Positions 57,573-64,000 of a DNA stretch of 64,000 nucleotides are shown here, piece after piece. The stretch covers positions 2,001,877 through 2,065,876 of the forward strand of contig CAVXIR010000004.1 in NCBI GenBank assembly GCA_963761975.1, written 5' to 3'. The notes under the pieces were generated by a model that was given only the letters and a program-made list of their open reading frames with translations, made no database searches and was not told the DNA's origin. Numbering within the stretch: position 1 is the first letter of the stretch; each line of letters opens with the position of its first letter. The DNA comes from Vicinamibacterales bacterium. Lineage in GTDB: Bacteria; Acidobacteriota; Vicinamibacteria; Vicinamibacterales; JAMQPK01. A program made the translations under genes and the position numbers.

Positions 57573-57629
57573 CGCGCCTCCAAGTTTGCAGTCACGATCG
57601 ACGAGTAAAGGCGCGCAGTCTAGCACGCT

Positions 57630-57711
57630 CCGCCCTTCGCGCTGCTTCGCTGATCGCTTCGGCGTGACAGGCGCCTTCGCGCCGTTGGCAGATCGCTGAC
57701 GGACAAGCAGC
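57630..57711. repeat. CCTTCGC..GCTTCGG..GACAAG-type repeat
   Basis: Two units gccttcgcgc..gatcgct..gacag/gacaag; resembles 12823-12887. Confidence 0.5.
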
Positions 57712-57741
57712 CTGCGCGGCGCGTAACGACGGCAGGACACG

Positions 57742-58227
57742 CTACTGGTATCGCATTGCGGGCAAACCGCAATACTTCCTTAGAATCGACAACTGACCGA
57801 TGTGGTAGCTGTCGTGCTGCACGAGGAAGGTCAGCGTGGCGAGCAGCGTGCCGTTGGCGAGCGGAAAACGGACGTTCGAGGGGCCGTCCCAATCAGCAGC
57901 CGTCATCACCGCCAGGCGGTCTTTCAGGAGGTGCGCCGCCAGCGTCCAGGCTGCCTGAATTTCGCTCAGAGCCGGCAGCGTGTCGAGATCGTCGAGTCCT
58001 TTCTGGCCATCGAGATACGGCGCGAGCGGGTCTTGGTGATCAACACCGAGCACCTTCAGCAGATAGAAGCGCGAATTCGTGAGATGCGCCGCCACGAACG
58101 CCGCATTGTTGGTCCCGCTCGACGGCCTCAGCGCTGCCTGTTCATCGTTGAGGTTGTCGAGGCAATTGCGGAACAGCACGGTGTTCAGGCGGAGAATCTC
58201 GGCAAGCGACACGACTCTCGGATCCAT
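57742..58227 (-). CDS. DinB family protein
   Basis: AAHL, QHDSYHIGQL. Confidence 0.88.
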   Translation of the reverse strand: MDPRVVSLAEILRLNTVLFRNCLDNLNDEQAALRPSSGTNNAAFVAAHLTNSRFYLLKVLGVDHQDPLAPYLDGQKGLDDLDTLPALSEIQAAWTLAAHLLKDRLAVMTAADWDGPSNVRFPLANGTLLATLTFLVQHDSYHIGQLSILRKYCGLPAMRYQ

Positions 58228-58275
58228 TTGTTCACTCCTTCATTAGTCGCGGGGCCCCAACACCCGCTCCGTCAC

Positions 58276-58782
58276 TTACCACGAGCGAGCCATGAAGCGG
58301 CCTCCCTTTCCCGAGAGCACCTGCAGAGCACGGGCAACGTTGCGCTCGCGGGCGTCTGCCGACTTGAGCCATGAGAAGTAGCGGAGGATTTCCTTCTTGC
58401 GGCTCGGAATCAGCGCATGCCAGGCCTCCAAGGCTTTGGCGTTCCGCGAAAGCGGCACACGAAACCACTTGGGCATCGGATGCATCGGGCCATTGCGATA
58501 CGCGGCGTCGAATGCAACCTCGACGTTCACGAGATCGCCGACCTTCGTGTGCGATGCCCGGCGCACATCCCCATGAAGATAGAGGTAGAAGGCGCCGGTG
58601 CCCGCGGGCATCATGTTGATGCGCCACGGCTTTTTTTTCGGCTCGCCGTTCACCCTCACGAGCACCGGCAGCGGCCGGCGCCAGTCCGGTTTCAGCCGTC
58701 GCGCGCGGGCCGCGCCCACATCGACATACGGGTTGCCATCCCGTATCTTGATGCGCGCACGAAAGCGATGCGCATCGCTCAC
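58276..58782 (-). CDS. DUF1905 + YdeI/OmpD-associated domain protein
   Basis: NPYVDV, PVLVRVNG, LIPSRKKEILRY. Confidence 0.8.
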   Translation of the reverse strand: MSDAHRFRARIKIRDGNPYVDVGAARARRLKPDWRRPLPVLVRVNGEPKKKPWRINMMPAGTGAFYLYLHGDVRRASHTKVGDLVNVEVAFDAAYRNGPMHPMPKWFRVPLSRNAKALEAWHALIPSRKKEILRYFSWLKSADARERNVARALQVLSGKGGRFMARSW

Positions 58783-59726
58783 AGCGTCGATAGTCCGGAT
58801 TCGAGCGTCGGGTGAATCAGCTCCGGGACCAGTTCTTCTCGAGCCCGCCTCGTATCGCCCCAGTGCGGCACACGGCCCAACCGGACGAAGTCGCGCGTCA
58901 GTGGCGACGTGGTGTTAGCAACCATCGCAAAACCCTCGCAGAGGCATGCGGCCGCGTAGACGAGCGAATATGGAATCCGCGCCGGCTTTGCGCAACCCCA
59001 CGCCGTGCACGCGGCGTCGAGGAATTCCTGCAGCGAGACCGGACGGTCGTCGCCGACATGATAAATGCCATGGACGCCCGGCTTGAAGATCGCCGCCTCG
59101 CTCGCGCGCAGAAAATCCGGCGTCGACAAGAGCTGATACAACGTCGGCTCTTTCCATACACACAGCAGCCGGCGCCGTGCCAGCCAGCGGGCCGCCTCGA
59201 CCATCAGGATGCCGCGTCCGTAAATCGCGCCCAGCCGAAGCACCACCGGCGTGGTCGCGGAATGCTCTGTCCGCACGAAGAGAAACTGCTCCTCCTCTAA
59301 TCGCGTCCGGGCGTGGACAGAAACCGGTTGGCGATCGAGCCGGCCGGTTGCGGGGTGCGCGACGGACGTAGGCCCTTCGACGTGCGGAAACGACGCAAGA
59401 ATCACCCGGCGGACATTCGCGTTCACCGCGGCGTTGATCAGATTGGAGAACCAGCGAGTGTTGCTCTCGGGCAGGAATCTCTCGGGCCGCGGTGCGAAGA
59501 GCCGTCCGGCGAAATGCATGATGACGTCGACCCCGGCGACTGCCGGCTCGAGGGTTTCAGGATTGGCGAGATCGGCGCGAACAGGCCGGACGTTCGGCGC
59601 CGCCAACAGGTCGGCCGCAAGCAGAGTCCGATGAAACATCAACCGGAGCTCGTGCGCCCGCGGAAGAAGATGCCGCGCGAGAAGACCGCCGAGATTGCCG
59701 GCGGCGCCGGTGATCAGGATGGTCAT
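58779..59726 (-). CDS. NAD-dependent epimerase/dehydratase (extended SDR)
   Basis: MTILITGAAGNLG, LRLGAIYG. Confidence 0.88.
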   Translation of the reverse strand: MTILITGAAGNLGGLLARHLLPRAHELRLMFHRTLLAADLLAAPNVRPVRADLANPETLEPAVAGVDVIMHFAGRLFAPRPERFLPESNTRWFSNLINAAVNANVRRVILASFPHVEGPTSVAHPATGRLDRQPVSVHARTRLEEEQFLFVRTEHSATTPVVLRLGAIYGRGILMVEAARWLARRRLLCVWKEPTLYQLLSTPDFLRASEAAIFKPGVHGIYHVGDDRPVSLQEFLDAACTAWGCAKPARIPYSLVYAAACLCEGFAMVANTTSPLTRDFVRLGRVPHWGDTRRAREELVPELIHPTLESGLSTL

Positions 59727-60430
59727 TCGGGCCACACGCTCATCTTCGGCTTCTGCGGATCGAACTTGATACGAATCCGGTCGCCTCTCTTCCATGCATT
59801 CGCCTTGTCGGCAACCATGTATTCGCTGGTCCCGTCGTGCGTCTGTCCGGCATGGTCGCGGTATTGATAGCGTACGACCCACATCGGACGCCGATTGACA
59901 CTGACATTCGTTTCCTCAACGGCCGCGACCGTCGCGTCGGCCTGCGTACCCTGCGACCAGATTCGAGCCTTCCTCTTCGCTGTGTTTACCGATCGCACGA
60001 GCAGTACGGTCCCGATAAGCGCAACCGAAAGGCCGACGCCCGGGAAGACGTACTCGAGTGCATTAGACGACTCGCCGGCGATGCGGTTGGTCGACGGATT
60101 CGACGCCACGTATTGAATCGGCACCGGCTCCAGCTCGCGCAATCGCTCCCACGTCGAGACCGGCACGCGCTGACCGCCCTCGTACGACTGCCCGGCTGCG
60201 GTGAACCGATACGTCACTCTGTAGTTTGTTTTCGTCCGTCGCGTCGAGCCCCCACGTGTCGCACGCTCGATGGCCTTTGTGAGCACAATCCCTGTGGCGT
60301 GTTCGCCTTCGCGTTGATACTGCCCTGCCTCGCGAATCAAGGACCAGCCAATCGAGAGAAAAATTCCGCCGACCACCAGCAGGACCAGCCCTATCCAGAA
60401 GGTGACGGAACGCTTCGCGAACCTCAGCAT
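59723..60430 (-). CDS. DUF3592 domain protein (two copies)
   Basis: YRVTYRF, VRYQYRD..GDRIRIKFDP. Confidence 0.75.
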   Translation of the reverse strand: MLRFAKRSVTFWIGLVLLVVGGIFLSIGWSLIREAGQYQREGEHATGIVLTKAIERATRGGSTRRTKTNYRVTYRFTAAGQSYEGGQRVPVSTWERLRELEPVPIQYVASNPSTNRIAGESSNALEYVFPGVGLSVALIGTVLLVRSVNTAKRKARIWSQGTQADATVAAVEETNVSVNRRPMWVVRYQYRDHAGQTHDGTSEYMVADKANAWKRGDRIRIKFDPQKPKMSVWPE

Positions 60431-60437
60431 ATGGGCC

Positions 60438-61457
60438 TCACAACCATTCGAGCCACCGACCGTGTCCGTCCTTGTTGGCAAGTTGCCGCTCTTCTATGCG
60501 GCCATCCTTCAGCGTGCGCAGGACGACTTCATCGCGCTCGCAGTACAACCAATCGATCGGGCGACGCAACGAAAAGGCCGTGAGCACTGACGCCACGGCG
60601 TCCTCATCAACGGCTCCACCCTGGCACAGGGCAGCGCTGTTGTACACCACAAGAGATGTGTCTGTCGGAACTTCGTCCAGTTGCGCGCCCAGCACTACAG
60701 TCGCATCGCCTTTGACGATGCGGGGCGGATCGCGATGCAGTTCGCCGATAGCGGCGCTTGCCAGCTGCCTGCGCCGAACGTGCTCGGGCCAGATCAGCGA
60801 TTCGAACCAACGCCGCTCGATCGGGTCCGTGAGATCGACGGGATGCAGATCAATCCCCAGCCTGAACACGCACTCGGGAAACCGCTTGGGCAACGGCGGC
60901 GTCACATGGCCGCGGAGCTCACACATGATGTGCACAGACGCCGACGGATCGCCGACGGACACTGTGCCGTAGTCGTAGAAGTAGCGATCCCAAAGCAAGT
61001 GCAGACCTGCGCTGGATCCGACATCGACGAGGGCCAGCGGCCGGCCGCCTCGAGCGCGATACACGACCGCAAACGCCGGCAGCAGGTACGAGCAGCGGCT
61101 CACTTCGTTGGTCTGCGTGATGCGTGTTTCGAGCAGAGGAATCAACCGCCGCTTGTTCGCGAGCACGAAGTCGCGGAAATCCGGGTAGGCGCGCGCCGCG
61201 GGGAGCACATGCTCCGAAAGGCTGCCATAAAACCTGGCGAGCGGATGACTCGTGGTCTCCGCGAGCAGAAAGTGCACCGACGCAAACAGGACGTTTGGTA
61301 CCGGCGGTCGCCTCACGTGCCGGGCCAGCGCCAGCACTTCGCGGTCACGCGCGATTTCGCGCGACAACGCGGCGTACAGCGGCCCGGCGTAGGTACGAGC
61401 TTCATCGGCGAACCTGTCGAACCGCTCACTGAGCTGCGCGATGTCGCCGAAGCTCAC
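60438..61457 (-). CDS. DUF2332 domain protein
   Basis: TQTNEVSRC, DVGSSAGLHL, GIDLHP, LIWPEH, DGHGRWLEW. Confidence 0.88.
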   Translation of the reverse strand: MSFGDIAQLSERFDRFADEARTYAGPLYAALSREIARDREVLALARHVRRPPVPNVLFASVHFLLAETTSHPLARFYGSLSEHVLPAARAYPDFRDFVLANKRRLIPLLETRITQTNEVSRCSYLLPAFAVVYRARGGRPLALVDVGSSAGLHLLWDRYFYDYGTVSVGDPSASVHIMCELRGHVTPPLPKRFPECVFRLGIDLHPVDLTDPIERRWFESLIWPEHVRRRQLASAAIGELHRDPPRIVKGDATVVLGAQLDEVPTDTSLVVYNSAALCQGGAVDEDAVASVLTAFSLRRPIDWLYCERDEVVLRTLKDGRIEERQLANKDGHGRWLEWL

Positions 61458-61459
61458 GG

Positions 61460-61552
61460 CAGAATCGGAGTCGAAGGAGTCTCGGGCGTCGGAAGAGTCC
61501 ATGGAGTCGAACGAGTTCCATGAGTCGCAGGGTCCACGGAGTCCTGAGAGTA
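61460..61552. repeat. 9-nt-period GAGTC array
   Basis: gagtcgaag gagtctcgg gcgtcggaa gagtccatg gagtcgaac gagttccat gagtcgcag. Confidence 0.8.
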
Positions 61553-61562
61553 GGGGGTTCCG

Positions 61563-61829
61563 CTACGCAAACCGTACGCGCGCTCGTTCCTGTGCTTTTT
61601 TCGCCTCTTCTTCACGGTTGCGCGGCGGCGCGCTTGTGGTCAGCGAGCCGATGAGGCGCTCTGCCGCCGCCGTGACCTCTTCTATGGCGAGGTTGAACGC
61701 GGCTTCATTGGCGCGCGACGGCCGATTCGTTCCGCTCAACTTGCGCACGAACTGGAGGGCCGACGCGCGTATCTCGTTTTCCGACGCAGGTGGTTCGAAA
61801 TTCGCGAGGGTCTTGATGTTTCGACACAT
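61563..61829 (-). CDS. DUF2277 protein
   Basis: MCRNIKTLANFEPPA..ASALQFVRKLSG. Confidence 0.92.
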   Translation of the reverse strand: MCRNIKTLANFEPPASENEIRASALQFVRKLSGTNRPSRANEAAFNLAIEEVTAAAERLIGSLTTSAPPRNREEEAKKAQERARVRFA

Positions 61830-61849
61830 ATCTCCACATTAAAACGTCG

Positions 61850-61950
61850 ATGGCCCATGGTCAAGGGGCCCAGGGCGCGGGCCAGTTTAGAGATGTGTCA
61901 GGGCAGAGGGCTGAGGGCACAGGGCAGAGGGCAGAGGGCAAAGGGCAGAT
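61850..61950. repeat. 7-nt array (AGGGCAG)
   Basis: cagggca gagggct gagggca cagggca gagggca gagggca aagggca. Confidence 0.88.
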
Positions 61951-61958
61951 TCAGGAAC

Positions 61959-62465
61959 TCACCGGTCAGACCACGGTCTGAGACGAGGCCGCCATCGCCG
62001 GACATTCGCGCAGTACTCCTCGTAGGAGTGACTGAATCGTCCGCGGAGCGCACGCTCCTCGTACAACAGCACGAACAGATGGAACATCATCCAGAGAATC
62101 GCTGCATACCAGAGAAGCGTGGCGCTGCTCAGGATAAGCGCCTGCCCGAGCACGGTTGAGAGGACAGCCACGTACATCGGATTGCGGACGTAACGGTACA
62201 ACCCAGATACCACCAACTGCTCTGGTGGCACCACCGGCGCTGGCGTGCCTCGTCCTTCCAGCGCAAAGCGCAGAAAACTGTCGACCAGGACGGCCACACC
62301 ACCCAGCAGAAGCACCGCGCCCGCCCCTTGCAGCCACTTCTGGCCGAAGAAGGCCGGCTGAACGCGCCAGTTCGTCAAACGGTAAGGGATGTATCCCGCG
62401 AGGGTACCAGGAGCGAGCACCAAGAAGGTGAGCGAGCCGACGAGCGGCACGACTCGGCCTCGCAC
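61959..62465 (-). CDS. Isoprenylcysteine carboxylmethyltransferase / PEMT family protein
   Basis: GRGTPAP, GLYRYVRNPMY, YEERAL..YEEYC. Confidence 0.9.
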   Translation of the reverse strand: MRGRVVPLVGSLTFLVLAPGTLAGYIPYRLTNWRVQPAFFGQKWLQGAGAVLLLGGVAVLVDSFLRFALEGRGTPAPVVPPEQLVVSGLYRYVRNPMYVAVLSTVLGQALILSSATLLWYAAILWMMFHLFVLLYEERALRGRFSHSYEEYCANVRRWRPRLRPWSDR

Positions 62466-62467
62466 CG

Positions 62468-63040
62468 CTATTTGGCCTCGACGGGCTGTTTCTCACCGTT
62501 ACCCTTGAATTCGAGCTCGATCATCGCCTGCTGAACGTCCTTGACGAACTCTTTCACTCCCAGGCCGTCGACGACCTGCGTGTTGGCGATCCGATCTCCC
62601 AGCCGCTGACCTTGCGCATCCTGAAGTATGGCGACGGCTTCGAGTCCAATAGCGACGACATTCAACCCCGGGACCACGAAGATGACATTTCGCTTGGCCG
62701 ATTGCACGCGTCCGCACGGCTTGCCGGTGTCGAGATTGATGACGAGCAGACCGGCGACAAACTTACCGACGCTTTGACCCTGCACGAAGAGCGCATCGCG
62801 CAGCAGCAGATACATTGCACCCACCAGCAGAAAGAACGGCGAGCCTTGTATGCCGAAGCTGATGAGACAACTCACGACGAGGCCCGCATCGATGACCGCC
62901 GCCGCGATACGTCTTTTGATGTCGGCCTTCGCGTACGGCGAAACGAAGCCTCTCGCCAGCCTGTTGAGCACAGGAAAGTATCCGAGGCCGAACGCTGCCG
63001 AGAGCAAACCAAAGAACAGAAAGGTCGCTTCAGGCGTCAT
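62468..63040 (-). CDS. RDD family membrane protein
   Basis: RRIAAAVID, GQSVGK, GQRLGDRIANT. Confidence 0.85.
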   Translation of the reverse strand: MTPEATFLFFGLLSAAFGLGYFPVLNRLARGFVSPYAKADIKRRIAAAVIDAGLVVSCLISFGIQGSPFFLLVGAMYLLLRDALFVQGQSVGKFVAGLLVINLDTGKPCGRVQSAKRNVIFVVPGLNVVAIGLEAVAILQDAQGQRLGDRIANTQVVDGLGVKEFVKDVQQAMIELEFKGNGEKQPVEAK

Positions 63041-63050
63041 CGCCACGTGA

Positions 63051-64000
63051 CTACTGCGGCAACTGCTTCTTCGGAATCTTGAGCGCAACCGATCCAGCAA
63101 CCGTCACGATGTCGTAACGGCCCTGATAGCCGATGAGCAGATGTGCCGCCCATGGCTCCATCTTGTAGTCCGACGTCAGCCAGTTGACCATGTCGCTCGT
63201 CGCCAACTGCAATCCGCGATTGGTCGAGCTGGCGAACTCGGGCTGGCTGCCGATGCTGATGATGTGTTCGCTCGTTTCCGCGCGAGGTCCCGTGAGGCTC
63301 ACCTTCTTGCGCACGTCGACCGTGAAATCGACGTCCAGCGACGTCTCGACGCCGGTGCCGGTCGGTTCGCCGTCCCCCTGCAGGGCGTGTCCGTCGCCGA
63401 TAAACAGCAACGCCCCCGGGTGAAACACCGGAAGGATCACCGTCGTGCCCTCACCGATTTCGTTGTAGTCGAGATTGCCCCCATAGTTGCCCGACGGTGA
63501 GGAGGTCGGCGCGAAGTCGCCCGCGGGAGCTACGCCGACACAGCCGAGCATCGGCTTGGCGGCAAATTCCATTCGATGCGCGGTGCTGGCGGGCTCTCGC
63601 AGCCGGTACTGTCTGCCGTTTGAGATCGAGATCCCACGGCACGACGTTCACGCGCTCCTTGATGATCTCGTTCGGCCTGTAGCGATTCGGATAGATGCCC
63701 TCGATCGATTCCGGCATCAGCGAATACAAGCCGAGCCGATACGAGCTCCAGCCCCAGTCGCGGTTCATCCTGACTCTCGTGAACCGGACGACGAGCGCAT
63801 CGCCCGGCTCGGCGCCTTCCACGTAGAACGGGCCCGTCAGGGGATTCGACGGCCGCGCCCGAACCGTTCCCGTGTCGTCACGTCCGCTCGCATCGATCGT
63901 CTTCGTGCTCACGACCGCGCCGGGTTTTATGCGCGCGAGCACCGCGTGCGCACGAGAGAACGTGTTGTAGTAGGTCTCGGCGATGATTGGCTTCGACTGC
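63051..64000 (-). CDS. Acetamidase/formamidase family protein (5' end off window; frameshift at ~63605)
   Basis: LTGPFYVEGAEPGD, YGGNLD, GDGHALQGDGE; removing one C gives QTVRLREPASTAHRMEF. Confidence 0.88.

Overview
High-GC (roughly 62-65% by eye) bacterial chromosomal segment with about 55 genes, most on the minus strand. The gene set points to Acidobacteriota, probably Vicinamibacterales; this is an inference from three Acidobacteria-type VWA proteins, an Oar-like TonB receptor, a PQQ dehydrogenase, ThuA, DUF1080 and many secreted hydrolases. No rRNA, tRNA, CRISPR array, reverse transcriptase or integrase was seen. Four genes carry single-base frameshifts in short homopolymers, probably long-read errors. 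The most unusual signal is non-coding. (1) A ~270-nt element occurs twice, at 10259-10535 (+) and 19041-19310 (-). Both copies fold into a perfect four-way junction with about 10 compensatory base-pair changes, and each sits inside its own pair of inverted 8-9-nt-period repeat arrays. (2) A four-helix-bundle (Avd/IVP-like) gene is bracketed by inverted 7-nt arrays. Many orphan 7-nt arrays of different sequence are scattered through the window, one inserted in frame in the excised spacer of an acylase. (3) An HNH gene is bracketed by matching palindromes. (4) A kinase-only islet is flanked by a duplicated 3' end of a VWA gene. (5) A shared CTTTACCGGTAAAG operator links the TonB receptor and PQQ dehydrogenase loci.
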